A stretch of 64,000 nt of DNA, taken from positions 1-64,000 of the IMG/VR virus record IMGVR_UViG_3300045421_000501; one strand, given 5' to 3'. Below, piece after piece: positions 47,086-57,327 of the stretch. A program made the translations under genes and the position numbers. Positions within the stretch are counted from its first letter, which is position 1. Every line of letters begins with the position of its first letter. This DNA is from a virus. The notes under the pieces are model-generated. The model ran no database searches. It saw nothing but the letters and a program-made list of their open reading frames with translations, and was not told the DNA's origin.

Positions 47086-47313
47086 ATGTCCAGGAGTCCA
47101 TTTTTTTCAAAATTCAAAACTGATATTAAAAAACTTACTGCAGCAATTGAAGGAAACATCTATCTAGATGAAGAATATCCAAAATTATATGATAAACTTT
47201 ATAAGTATTATAAGTCTCGCGGAGTTTATTTTTATGATGATGCAGAAAAGGATTATAATGTAATTCTTGATAGTGTTGAATATGATTTGATGGATTCTGG
47301 TGTATTAGTCTAA
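47086..47313 (+). CDS. Hypothetical protein
   Basis: 75-aa ORF directly after a promoter; YPKLYDKLYKYY. Confidence 0.65.
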   Translation: MSRSPFFSKFKTDIKKLTAAIEGNIYLDEEYPKLYDKLYKYYKSRGVYFYDDAEKDYNVILDSVEYDLMDSGVLV

Positions 47314-47357
47314 ATAAATAATTTTTGGAATAATGTACAAAAATCCAGCCTTCACTA

Positions 47358-47579
47358 ATGACAAAAACAAGTATTCTTCGTTACTTGGGTAATATTCTTC
47401 TTATATTTGGATATTACATTATGTTATGGGGAAGTTTTAAAAATGGATTATTAATAAAATGTGTAGGAGGAATTATGACGTTTCCTTTTGCACTTAAATA
47501 TAAATTGTGGGATATGGTATTTCTATGTGTATTTTTTTCTAGCATAGAAATATCTAAACTCATATGTCTATTTTCCTAG
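47358..47579 (+). CDS. Small membrane protein
   Basis: Three hydrophobic segments; LRYLGNILL, KLWD. Confidence 0.6.
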   Translation: MTKTSILRYLGNILLIFGYYIMLWGSFKNGLLIKCVGGIMTFPFALKYKLWDMVFLCVFFSSIEISKLICLFS

Positions 47580-47711
47580 TTTATAAAAACTAGGTGGTGG
47601 AGTCAAATCGACCCATGTGCTCGTCGGATGCACAATAAATTATGCCGACTGGTGTGGATGAGGTAATCCCGCTTAGTTTCTTATTTCTAATTAAAAAATA
47701 AGTGGCGAGCA
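47572..47711 (+). ncRNA. wcaG/manA-type cyanophage RNA motif
   Basis: Three hairpins each followed by UGGYG (47595, 47650, 47703), directly upstream of an NAD-dependent epimerase. Confidence 0.7.
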
Positions 47712-47762
47712 TAATTGCAATTAATTTATTATAATATGTACAAATAATTTTTATTAAATAGT

Positions 47763-48821
47763 ATGTCAAATTATACTAAAACTGCATTAGTTCTTGGTGC
47801 AGGTGGTTTTATTGGAAGCCATATGGTAAAAAGACTTCGTTCAGAAGGATATTGGGTTCGTGGGGTTGATCTAAAACAACCAGAATTTTCTGAAACCGGA
47901 GCAAATGAATTTATTGTTGGAGATCTTAGAAATGTAGAATTTGTTTCTAGATGTATAAGATTTAAAGGAGATCAGGGAAATTTTTATCATCCAGTTCCAC
48001 ATCGATATCATCAAGCATTTGATGAAATTTATCAATTTGCTGCCGATATGGGTGGAGCAGGATTTGTTTTTACTGGAGAAAATGATGCTGACATTATGCA
48101 TAATTCAGTATCAATTAATCTAAATGTTCTAGAAGAACAGAAAAAATTTAATGATCAACTTGGCATGAATTTCACTAAAATTTTTTATAGTGGATCCGCA
48201 TGTATGTATCCAGAACATAATCAGTTAGATCCTGATAATCCTGATTGTCGTGAACAATCTGCATACCCAGCAAATCCAGATTCTGAATATGGATGGGAAA
48301 AACTGTTCTCGGAACGTCTTTACTTTGCTTATCATCGCAACTATGGTATTCCTGTACGTGTTGCTCGATATCATAATATATTCGGGCCAGAAGGGACCTG
48401 GAAAGGCGGAAGGGAAAAAGCACCCGCAGCAATCTGCCGTAAGGTAGCAGAACTTCCAGTATGTGGTGGTACTATTGAGGTATGGGGTGACGGAAAACAA
48501 ACTCGTTCTTTCCTTTATATCGATGAGTGTATTGAAGCAACTCGTAGATTAATGGACTCTGACTTCATTGGACCAGTGAATATTGGTTCCGAAGAAATGG
48601 TGACTATCAATCAACTTGTCGATATTGCTGCAAAGGTTGCGGGTAAACCAGTGCAAAAAATGCACAAGTTGGATGCTCCTCTTGGAGTTCGTGGTCGTAA
48701 TTCAAATAATGATTTAATCCGACAAAAATTGGGATGGGATTATTCACAAACACTTGAAGAAGGAATTCGAAAAACATATAATTGGATTCAAAATCAAATC
48801 TTAAATAATGTTTTTGAATAA
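47763..48821 (+). CDS. NAD-dependent epimerase/dehydratase, GDP-mannose 3,5-epimerase-like
   Basis: GAGGFIG, AADMGGAGF, SACMYP, YGWEK, GGREKAPAAICRK. Confidence 0.88.
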   Translation: MSNYTKTALVLGAGGFIGSHMVKRLRSEGYWVRGVDLKQPEFSETGANEFIVGDLRNVEFVSRCIRFKGDQGNFYHPVPHRYHQAFDEIYQFAADMGGAGFVFTGENDADIMHNSVSINLNVLEEQKKFNDQLGMNFTKIFYSGSACMYPEHNQLDPDNPDCREQSAYPANPDSEYGWEKLFSERLYFAYHRNYGIPVRVARYHNIFGPEGTWKGGREKAPAAICRKVAELPVCGGTIEVWGDGKQTRSFLYIDECIEATRRLMDSDFIGPVNIGSEEMVTINQLVDIAAKVAGKPVQKMHKLDAPLGVRGRNSNNDLIRQKLGWDYSQTLEEGIRKTYNWIQNQILNNVFE

Positions 48822-48847
48822 TTAGTTGCGGATATTAATTGAATCAA

Positions 48848-49504
48848 ATGAATACACAGTACAATTTTGAAACGGATAAACTAAAGAATTTATTCAAAGA
48901 TTCTGATAAAATTGAAAAAAATTTTTCACAGGCTTATCAGGACCTTTTTGTTCTCACAATGTTGAATGGAAAAACTTCAGGAAAATATATTGAAATTGGT
49001 GGAAATAATCCTGTAGTTATTAATAATACATATTTACTTGAAAGTCAATTTAAGTGGAAAGGATTTTCTTTAGATATTGATGATTCTATGGCAAAAATTT
49101 ATAATTTAGTTAGGGCAAACAAATGTGAATGTTTTGATGCTACAAAGTTTGATTATAATAAAAAAATAAAATCATTGAAATGGAAGACAAATCAAATTGA
49201 TTATCTATCAGTTGATTGTGAACCTGCAATGACTACTTTTGCAGCTCTCAAAAAAATTCCACATGATGAATATAGATTTTCTGTAATTACATATGAGACG
49301 GATGTATATAAAGATGGAAATCAAGCAAAAGAATTATCAAGAAATTTTTTACAAAAATTGGGATATCAATTGGTATCTGCAGATGTCTGCAATGGAGGAA
49401 ATCCATATGAAGATTGGTATGTAGATCCTCAAATAGTAAGTGAAAATATTTGGAAAAGTTTTGAAAGCAATGGTGCAGAAGCTAGAATATTATTTGTAAA
49501 ATGA
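48848..49504 (+). CDS. FkbM-like SAM methyltransferase
   Basis: SQAYQD, YIEIGG, NNTYLLE..W.G, IDYLSVDCE, EDWY. Confidence 0.7.
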   Translation: MNTQYNFETDKLKNLFKDSDKIEKNFSQAYQDLFVLTMLNGKTSGKYIEIGGNNPVVINNTYLLESQFKWKGFSLDIDDSMAKIYNLVRANKCECFDATKFDYNKKIKSLKWKTNQIDYLSVDCEPAMTTFAALKKIPHDEYRFSVITYETDVYKDGNQAKELSRNFLQKLGYQLVSADVCNGGNPYEDWYVDPQIVSENIWKSFESNGAEARILFVK

Positions 49505-50280
49505 CACTTAAGATTTCTCATTGGTATGGTCGTCTTGGAAATAATATTCAACAATGTGCTGTTGGTATTATGGCTGCAGAATTGATTGGGGGAACATTTG
49601 AAAGTATAAATCATGATACAATTGATACAATTAATGTTTCTTTTGGTGATAATTCGCAAGATGCATTATCAAAATTTTTTTATTGGGAAGGATCAAATAA
49701 AGAAATCGATATTGATTCCGAATACGTTCGAAAAAATATACGAAGAATCTGCAAAAATCACATTTCAAAACGTCTTAAGATCCCTAAGCAAGAACTTTTT
49801 TCAGATAATACTATTGTTATTCATGTTCGTAGTGGCGATATTTTTAGCATTGAACATAAAGATGGTCATAATTACGTTCCTAATCCTTTGGATTATTATG
49901 AATCGTTAATTGATAAGTTTGATCAAGCAATTATTGTTACTGAAAATGATAATCACAATCCAATTGTAGAGATTTTGAAAAATAATTCAAAAGTAATAAT
50001 TCAGTCTTCTTCAATAGAAAATGATTTTGCAACTTTAATGTCGGCAAAGAATTTAGCTTCTTCTGGAGTAGGAACTTTTTGTGTTGCAGCAGCTTTGTGT
50101 TCAAATAATATTCGCAATTTTTATTGTACGGATTTAATGTTGACAGAACATTTAAATTATAGTATGATTGTTAATACTGATATAGAAGTATTTGTTTGCA
50201 ATTTGAAAAATTATATACCAATAGGTGAATGGAAAAACACAAATGAACAAAGAAAATTTATTTTGGAATATAAGATATGA
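49501..50280 (+). CDS. Fucosyltransferase-like protein (GT11/GT23 clan)
   Basis: GRLGNNIQQ, IHVRSGD, DFATLM, GTF. Confidence 0.6.
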   Translation: MTLKISHWYGRLGNNIQQCAVGIMAAELIGGTFESINHDTIDTINVSFGDNSQDALSKFFYWEGSNKEIDIDSEYVRKNIRRICKNHISKRLKIPKQELFSDNTIVIHVRSGDIFSIEHKDGHNYVPNPLDYYESLIDKFDQAIIVTENDNHNPIVEILKNNSKVIIQSSSIENDFATLMSAKNLASSGVGTFCVAAALCSNNIRNFYCTDLMLTEHLNYSMIVNTDIEVFVCNLKNYIPIGEWKNTNEQRKFILEYKI

Positions 50281-51116
50281 AAATATTTGATTCTCTTCTT
50301 TTCTTCAATGAATTAGATTTATTGGAACTCAGAATGAATATTCTTGGGGATTATGTAGATTATTTTGTGATCAATGAAGCAAATGTTACATTTACTGGAA
50401 AAGAAAAACAATTATATTTTCAGGAAAATCGTCAAAGATTTAAAAAATGGGATGATAAAATAATACATAATGTGATTATAGATAATAATGATAATTTTGA
50501 AAATTATATTGACGGCAAATTATATCATCGACCATTGAAGGAAGATAACATATATAAACTTCCAATGCACTATCAAAGAGATGTTTTTCACAGAGACAGT
50601 TGCATCTATGGAATTTTGCAAGAAGCACAGGATGATGATATTATATTCACGAGTGATGCTGATGAAATTGCAAATCCGTTGGTTGTCGAAAGAATGGGTG
50701 ATTGGTTTGATCGAAGCAATCATTATGTAATGGTTGGCCCTTGTTATTATTATTACTTAAATGTTCAGGTAGAAGATAATTGGATGGGAACAAGAGTATG
50801 TACTTTAGAGCATCTTAAAACTACTAGTATAGATAAACTAAGGCAATCTCATAAAGATGCTTGGAAAATAATGAGTGGTGGGTGGCATTGGAGTTTTTTT
50901 GGTGGAGCTGATCGAGTTCGTGCTAAAATTGAAGCATACGCTCATCAAGAACATAATATAGAACAATTAAAAATGTCAATGGAAAGTAGAATCGAAAATA
51001 ATGAAGATCCTTGTGGTAGAGATTATTTTAAGCTAAGAACTGTTCCAATTGATAATAGTTTTCCGGAATATATTCAATATAATAAAAATAAACTTTTGCA
51101 ATATATTAAAAAATGA
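50277..51116 (+). CDS. GT17-family glycosyltransferase
   Basis: FFNELDLLELR, VDYFVINEA..TFTGK.K, SDADEI, GGWHWSF, AHQE. Confidence 0.8.
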   Translation: MKIFDSLLFFNELDLLELRMNILGDYVDYFVINEANVTFTGKEKQLYFQENRQRFKKWDDKIIHNVIIDNNDNFENYIDGKLYHRPLKEDNIYKLPMHYQRDVFHRDSCIYGILQEAQDDDIIFTSDADEIANPLVVERMGDWFDRSNHYVMVGPCYYYYLNVQVEDNWMGTRVCTLEHLKTTSIDKLRQSHKDAWKIMSGGWHWSFFGGADRVRAKIEAYAHQEHNIEQLKMSMESRIENNEDPCGRDYFKLRTVPIDNSFPEYIQYNKNKLLQYIKK

Positions 51117-52054
51117 ATTTTATTGAAGGTGTAGCAGTTTCAAATCTGTGTGATTATTCATTTGGAGATCAGGCTGGATGTTTGGGAAGAGTTCCTGGAG
51201 CATTCATGAAACAAGCTGATTTAGTCAATCAAGAATTTATTTCAATTTGCAATCAAAATATTGCAAAAGGAAAAAATTTGATGACTCTTTTTATTGATAA
51301 TATTCGATTATATAAAAGACAAATTAAAGCTTCTAATGAAAGGGATCAGAAATGGATTGATGCATTGCATGAAACAAATGATCTTTTAGAACTTTGTGGA
51401 AAGATTGAGAAAATAAATTTTATCATCTTCACAAATCTTGAAGACACACCAATCGATGAAACAATTCATAAAATAATTCCAGACAATGTAATTTCCATAC
51501 ATGCTGTAAATGCAATTTCTTTTGGTAAAAAAGTAATTCCTTTTCCATATGGATTACAAAGAATTTTAAATAATAGTGATAATAGAATTCCGATTATTAG
51601 TAATTTGATCGAAAAGGAAGTAACACCTAAAAAATTAGTTTATATTAATCACACCAAAGATACCAATTTAAGTGAACGTGGAGATATTAAAAAAATTCTT
51701 GGTAAACACAATTATGTTACTGTGGATGATCGAATTCCATTTGAGCAATATTGCAAACAAATACAAAATCATAAATTTATGATTTGTCCACAAGGAAATG
51801 GTGTAGATTGTCATCGAAATTGGGAAGTTCTTTATTTAAAAAGAGTTCCAATTATGAAAAAAACTGAATATCTTATGGAACTTTATAAGGAATATCCTGT
51901 TCTTTGGGTAGATGATTATTCAAAAATTACTAAAACATTATTAATAAATAATGATCATCTTTATGTAAGAGCGAAAAATATAGAAAATAATTTACTCGAT
52001 TTGTATTCGTTATTTAATAGGATTGTAAGAGATGGAAAAGATAAAATTAAATGA
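51113..52054 (+). CDS. Exostosin/GT47-like glycosyltransferase
   Basis: KFMICPQGNGVDCHRNWEVLYLKRVPI. Confidence 0.65.
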   Translation: MNFIEGVAVSNLCDYSFGDQAGCLGRVPGAFMKQADLVNQEFISICNQNIAKGKNLMTLFIDNIRLYKRQIKASNERDQKWIDALHETNDLLELCGKIEKINFIIFTNLEDTPIDETIHKIIPDNVISIHAVNAISFGKKVIPFPYGLQRILNNSDNRIPIISNLIEKEVTPKKLVYINHTKDTNLSERGDIKKILGKHNYVTVDDRIPFEQYCKQIQNHKFMICPQGNGVDCHRNWEVLYLKRVPIMKKTEYLMELYKEYPVLWVDDYSKITKTLLINNDHLYVRAKNIENNLLDLYSLFNRIVRDGKDKIK

Positions 52055-52712
52055 TGTGACTTTATGCTGCATCTCTTCCGTAAAATTAGAAGAAACTGTA
52101 TATGCTCTAATAAAAAGTTGTGAGGGATTAGAATTTGCAGAAGCAAAACTCATCGGACATCAAAAACCAGATAACCTTCCAGACTATATTAAGTTTGAAG
52201 AAACATATCAGATAAAAAGTATTGACGATTATAGTTATTATTGCATCTATAATCTTACAAATCATATTCAAACAAGTCATTGTCTTTTGATTCAATCTGA
52301 TGGATATGTAATTCGTCCTTGGTTATGGAATGATTCGTGGATGCAATATGATTATATTGGAGCTCCTTGGCCGGATCGTCAAAAACAACAAGATGCTTTT
52401 ATTGATCCTTGGGGAAAAGCTCATAGAGTTGGAAATGGTGGATTTACTCTTCGAAGTAAAAAATTATTAGATGTTCCCAAACAAGCACACATTCAATTTG
52501 ATGTGAATTGGGGTAGATTTTATAAACACATGGGAGCAAAACTTACTGCAGAAGATGGAAATATTTGTGTTCATAATCGACATATATATGAAGTACTTGG
52601 ATGCAAATTTGCTCCAGTAGAAGTTGCATCTAAATTTTCCAGAGAACAAACTTTACCTGATAGTGAAGAAGACACCTTCGGGTTTCATTATTATTTTCAA
52701 GATATAAAATGA
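52032..52712 (+). CDS. DUF5672-like putative glycosyltransferase
   Basis: LLIQSDG, YDYIGAPW, VGNGGFTLRSKK, EDG, FGFH. Confidence 0.7.
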   Translation: MEKIKLNDVTLCCISSVKLEETVYALIKSCEGLEFAEAKLIGHQKPDNLPDYIKFEETYQIKSIDDYSYYCIYNLTNHIQTSHCLLIQSDGYVIRPWLWNDSWMQYDYIGAPWPDRQKQQDAFIDPWGKAHRVGNGGFTLRSKKLLDVPKQAHIQFDVNWGRFYKHMGAKLTAEDGNICVHNRHIYEVLGCKFAPVEVASKFSREQTLPDSEEDTFGFHYYFQDIK

Positions 52713-53503
52713 AAGCATCAATTTATCAATTATGGTGGAATCCTTGGGGTGAAGAAGGATTAGATTTTAATAAAAACGTAAGTATATCTGTAGACAATCT
52801 TCAAAATAATTTTGATGCAGATTTAAAAATTTTATTTTTAGCAGAACCATATTCAATTGCACCTACAGTTAATGAAGGAGCATTAAATTCCTCAATATTT
52901 TTTGATAAAATATATACATTCAATCAAGCAATATTGAACGAATACCCTCAAGCAGAATTATTTCCTTGGGGATCTTCGTGGTTAGATTTTGACAATCTAA
53001 ATATTGAGAAGCAAGATGTAATAACATTTGTCACTAGTAATAAATCTCAAACATTGGGGCATAAACTTCGTTTAGATATTTTTGATTATTTGAATCCGAT
53101 AGATGAAATTAATGGAATGGAAATTTTTAGTCATATGTCTCCACCATTTCATCAAATTCGAAATGACTTTTTTTATAATGCAAAATTTCATATATGTGTA
53201 GAAAATTCGATTCAAAAAAATTATTTTACAGAAAAAATTATTGATTGTTTTGCAAGTAAAACTATTCCAATTTATTTTGGTTGCCCAAATTTAGGAGATT
53301 GGTTTAATATGAATGGAGTTTATCAATTTGAAAATCTAAAAGAATTAAATGATATTTTAGATTTATTGTCTCCAGATGTATATGAGAAAAAAATAAAAGC
53401 AATCGAAGAAAATTATGAAATTGCAAAACAATTTTATGGAGAAAATGACGTTGTACCCAGACTTACTAAAAAAATTACTGAATTTGTAAATCATGCCATT
53501 TAA
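52709..53503 (+). CDS. GT10-like fucosyltransferase
   Basis: KFHICVENS..NYFTEKIIDCF...TIPIYFG. Confidence 0.75.
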   Translation: MKASIYQLWWNPWGEEGLDFNKNVSISVDNLQNNFDADLKILFLAEPYSIAPTVNEGALNSSIFFDKIYTFNQAILNEYPQAELFPWGSSWLDFDNLNIEKQDVITFVTSNKSQTLGHKLRLDIFDYLNPIDEINGMEIFSHMSPPFHQIRNDFFYNAKFHICVENSIQKNYFTEKIIDCFASKTIPIYFGCPNLGDWFNMNGVYQFENLKELNDILDLLSPDVYEKKIKAIEENYEIAKQFYGENDVVPRLTKKITEFVNHAI

Positions 53504-54170
53504 CGGATCAAATCAGACAAACTACATACAAAAAGATTATTCATTTCTAAGAATCAAACCCGAAGGAATGAAAAATTTAAAAACAAACTATTCACAAGTT
53601 TGGCAAGATATTTTTGCGTTGGTTGTAAATGATGCAAAACAAGAAGGTACGTTCATTGAAATTGGAGGAGGACAACCAAAAATTGGTAATAATACATGGC
53701 TTCTTGAAGAACAATATAATTGGAAAGGGTTTTCAATTGAACTTGATGATGAATTATGTTTGATGTGGGAAAATGCAGATCGAAAAAATACAAAAATATT
53801 TAAAGACAATGCACTTATTTTTGATTATGTCCATGCAGTTGAAGAATTAAAATTACCATACCATATGGATTATTTGTCATTTGATTTAGAACCACCAGAG
53901 ATAACATTGGAGTGTTTGAAAAAATTTCCTTTTGATAAATTGTCATTCAATTGTGTGACGTATGAGCATGATGCATATCGACAATGGGGAGATATTTATG
54001 CTCATCGAAATATATTTTTTGAAAATGGATATAGATTAGTTGGTGAAAATTTAAAGAATCGTGGATGTACTATGGAAGAATGGTTTCTTCATGAAGATGT
54101 TGATTCTCAAATTTATAGTAAACTGTATAGTGAAGATTGCGAAGCGTATGAATTGTTATTGGACTTATGA
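53493..54170 (+). CDS. FkbM-like SAM methyltransferase (paralog of 48848)
   Basis: SQVWQD, FIEIGG, NNTWLLE..WKG, DYLSFDLEP, YEHD. Confidence 0.7.
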   Translation: MPFNGSNQTNYIQKDYSFLRIKPEGMKNLKTNYSQVWQDIFALVVNDAKQEGTFIEIGGGQPKIGNNTWLLEEQYNWKGFSIELDDELCLMWENADRKNTKIFKDNALIFDYVHAVEELKLPYHMDYLSFDLEPPEITLECLKKFPFDKLSFNCVTYEHDAYRQWGDIYAHRNIFFENGYRLVGENLKNRGCTMEEWFLHEDVDSQIYSKLYSEDCEAYELLLDL

Positions 54171-54859
54171 CAAGAATCAGTTTTTGTATTCCTTGCTATG
54201 AAGCCCATGGTAAAGGATATAATTATCTACTTGATGTTTTTTATGCATTAAATAATCAAGTATTCAAGGACTTTAATGTATGGATTTCCGATCAAAGTAA
54301 AGACGATAAAGTATATCAAGCATGTGAAGAATATGCAGATTGCTTTGAAATTAATTATATTAAATATCAAGAAAATATTGGCAATGTTTCTGCAAATACA
54401 AATAATGCAATCAAGTATGCTGACGGCGAAATTTTAAAAATTCATTATCAAGATGATTTTATTCTTACAGAAAATCTTACTTTTGAACTTGACAAAGTAT
54501 TTGTTAATGATGTAGAATGGGCAGTAAGTTGTTTTGCACATTCTATTGATGATGGTAGAACACATTATAATGCTAAAACTCCATACTGGAATGATAAAAT
54601 TTTAGAAGGAGTGAATACATTTAGTTCTCCATCCATACTTGCAATGAGAAAAGATTTGAAAGTATATTTTGATCAAAATATTACATTACTTTTGGATTGT
54701 GATATGTTTTATCAGTTGTATATCAAATATGGAGAACCTATAATAATGACAGATGTTCATATTTCAAATCGTGAACATGCAAATCAAACACAAAGAAAAG
54801 TTGAACATTTATTATCAACCGAGATTGAATATTTAAAGAGGAAATATGATAGGATTTAA
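54167..54859 (+). CDS. GT2-family glycosyltransferase
   Basis: ISFCIPCYE, ISDQS, NTNNAI, QDD. Confidence 0.8.
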   Translation: MTRISFCIPCYEAHGKGYNYLLDVFYALNNQVFKDFNVWISDQSKDDKVYQACEEYADCFEINYIKYQENIGNVSANTNNAIKYADGEILKIHYQDDFILTENLTFELDKVFVNDVEWAVSCFAHSIDDGRTHYNAKTPYWNDKILEGVNTFSSPSILAMRKDLKVYFDQNITLLLDCDMFYQLYIKYGEPIIMTDVHISNREHANQTQRKVEHLLSTEIEYLKRKYDRI

Positions 54860-55628
54860 TCATCTAGGTCGTCATGGGAGACTTGGAAATCAAATGTTTC
54901 AGTACGCTGGACTCATGGGAATTGCAGATCATAATGATTATGAATTTGCAATTCCACCTAGTAATTTTCAAGATCCTTGGAATGATCATCAATTATTTGA
55001 GGCATTTAAACTTACAAGTTTAGTCAATATTAAATTTGTAGATGGTCCATATGTTCAGGAAAAAACATTTTCGTTTGATGAGGATTTATTTAATACTATT
55101 CCCGACAATCACAATGTTTTTGGATATCTTCAAACTGCGAAATATTTTTACCATATTCAAAGTGAAGTAAGAGAAAATTTTAAATTTAAAAATGATATTC
55201 TTGGACCATGTGAAGATATGATTCAAAGTGTAGAAAATCCAATTGCATTACACGTTCGTCGAGGAGATTATATTTCAAATTCGGACAATCATCCCCCTTG
55301 TCCGAAAGAGTATTATGATGAAGCATTAAAAAAATTTGATAATAATCGAAATGTGATTGTATTTTCTGATGATCCAGAATGGTGTAGTCGGGAATTTACT
55401 GAGGATAGATTTTTGATATCTGAGGGAGGAGACAATCTTGCAGATCTTTGTATGATGAGTTTATGTGAAGATTTTATTATTGCAAATTCATCATTTTCCT
55501 GGTGGGGATCATGGTTATCTGAAAATGAAAAGAAAAAAATTATTGCACCCAGTCGTTGGTTCGGTAGTGGTTACACTTCGTCTCACGACATTTCTGATCT
55601 CTATTGCTCAAATTGGGAGGTAATCTAA
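54846..55628 (+). CDS. GT11 alpha-1,2-fucosyltransferase-like
   Basis: GRLGNQMFQYA, LHVRRGDY, FSDD, IIANSSFSWWG. Confidence 0.88.
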   Translation: MIGFNHLGRHGRLGNQMFQYAGLMGIADHNDYEFAIPPSNFQDPWNDHQLFEAFKLTSLVNIKFVDGPYVQEKTFSFDEDLFNTIPDNHNVFGYLQTAKYFYHIQSEVRENFKFKNDILGPCEDMIQSVENPIALHVRRGDYISNSDNHPPCPKEYYDEALKKFDNNRNVIVFSDDPEWCSREFTEDRFLISEGGDNLADLCMMSLCEDFIIANSSFSWWGSWLSENEKKKIIAPSRWFGSGYTSSHDISDLYCSNWEVI

Positions 55629-56525
55629 ATGAAAAATAATGATCTTGAAATATTGGAACAAAACTGGATGCCCTTGGAAGATGTTACTTTTTTAATTCCA
55701 TTGAGAATTGAAAGTCAAGATAGAATGCGTAATATTATCACAACGATGATTTATTTGCTTCGAAATTTTAATACCAATGTCATGATAAAAGAATATGACA
55801 TGGAGCAAATCTTTATGCAATCTGCTTTTCCTACAATTGAAGATGCAGTTGGAGATAAAGTAAAAAATATTAATTATATTTTTGAGAAAACTGATGAATT
55901 TATTTTTCATCGAACACGACTTCTCAATGATATGATTCAAAATGCAGAAACTCCAATCGTAGTCAATTATGATAGTGATGTTCTTCTTCCAAAGGAGACA
56001 TATTTACATGCAAGGCATCTTATTTTGAATGGATATACTAATCCAGAACAACCAAATATAAAACCGGAACCAATTAAAGTTGTTTATCCGTATGGTTATG
56101 GAAATTTTCAGTTTCAAATAAGTGCCACAGATGAAGAAGTTACTAATTTTATAAACAGTAATTTTAATTTTACTGCATTTACAAGCATGAGGCAGTATGA
56201 TGCAAAGTTTGGATTCTGTCAATTTTTTGATCGAGAAGAATATATTCGATTTGGAATGGAAAATGAGAACTTTGTATCCTATGGATATGAAGATGATGAA
56301 AGATATAATCGATTTAATACACTTTCTCATGTTGCTCGAATCAATGATTATGTTTATCATTTGGAGCATGTAAGAACTCAAAATTCTTGGTTTAATAATC
56401 CACATATTGAATCAAATAGATTTCTTTGGGAAAAATTAAAAATTCTTCCCAAAGAAAATATAATTGAGTATTATAATAATCAGAAATATTTAATTGATAG
56501 GGGTGTTATTTGTGGACAAAAATAA
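55629..56525 (+). CDS. GT-A glycosyltransferase with a GT7-like C-terminal motif
   Basis: FLIPLR, YDSD, GMENENFVSYGYEDDER, YHLEH. Confidence 0.7.
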   Translation: MKNNDLEILEQNWMPLEDVTFLIPLRIESQDRMRNIITTMIYLLRNFNTNVMIKEYDMEQIFMQSAFPTIEDAVGDKVKNINYIFEKTDEFIFHRTRLLNDMIQNAETPIVVNYDSDVLLPKETYLHARHLILNGYTNPEQPNIKPEPIKVVYPYGYGNFQFQISATDEEVTNFINSNFNFTAFTSMRQYDAKFGFCQFFDREEYIRFGMENENFVSYGYEDDERYNRFNTLSHVARINDYVYHLEHVRTQNSWFNNPHIESNRFLWEKLKILPKENIIEYYNNQKYLIDRGVICGQK

Positions 56526-57327
56526 AGCATCCTACAAACTAAAAGGATTTCCAAAATGCTTATGGATTAATTTAAATCGTTGTGTTCAAAGAAAGGAATA
56601 CATGGAAAATCAATTCAAGTATTGGGAAATCTATGATCATGTAAGAATTTCTGGTATTGATGGTAAGGAAGATGATCCAACTTCATATTTAAAAGGAAGT
56701 GTACCTCACAATATGAATAACGGTGAAATTGGTTGTGTTTTATCTCATTTGAATGCAATTAAATATTTTGTTGAGAAAACAGATCTCAATGAAATCATGA
56801 TTATGGAAGATGATTTGGATATGAATACTGTTAAGTATTGGAATTTTACTTGGAGTGATGTAAGATCAAAATTACCAATTAATTTTGATACTTGTCAGTT
56901 TACAATTATCAATCCAAATGGAATAACATTGAAATTGCACCAACGGTTTATTAATGATTTTTCTGCTGCATGTTATTTAATTACAAGACATCATGCAATA
57001 AAAATAATGAAATTGCATAATAGAGGAAATCAATGGAAAATTGATCAAAACATTCGACCAAGAGCAGTATCCGAAGATCTAATTTTGGATAGTGGAAAGG
57101 GGTATTCTACTCCACTTTTTAACTATAGATTAGACTTAGGATCTGCAATTCACGAAGAGCATATTGATATTTTTCATAAGGATAGTGGAAATGCTTTAGA
57201 TGAATTTTGGAAAATGAATGGACAGGATCAAAACATTTCTCAAATTATGGAATTAGATGAATATTGTGGTAGAATACCACCACAGGTTTATATAAATCAA
57301 GCAAATTTAGAGAAACAAAACTCATGA
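56512..57327 (+). CDS. GT25-family glycosyltransferase
   Basis: INLNR...RK, GIDGK, GEIGCVLSHL, IMEDD; GTG 56512 is the likely start. Confidence 0.8.
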   Translation: MDKNKASYKLKGFPKCLWINLNRCVQRKEYMENQFKYWEIYDHVRISGIDGKEDDPTSYLKGSVPHNMNNGEIGCVLSHLNAIKYFVEKTDLNEIMIMEDDLDMNTVKYWNFTWSDVRSKLPINFDTCQFTIINPNGITLKLHQRFINDFSAACYLITRHHAIKIMKLHNRGNQWKIDQNIRPRAVSEDLILDSGKGYSTPLFNYRLDLGSAIHEEHIDIFHKDSGNALDEFWKMNGQDQNISQIMELDEYCGRIPPQVYINQANLEKQNS

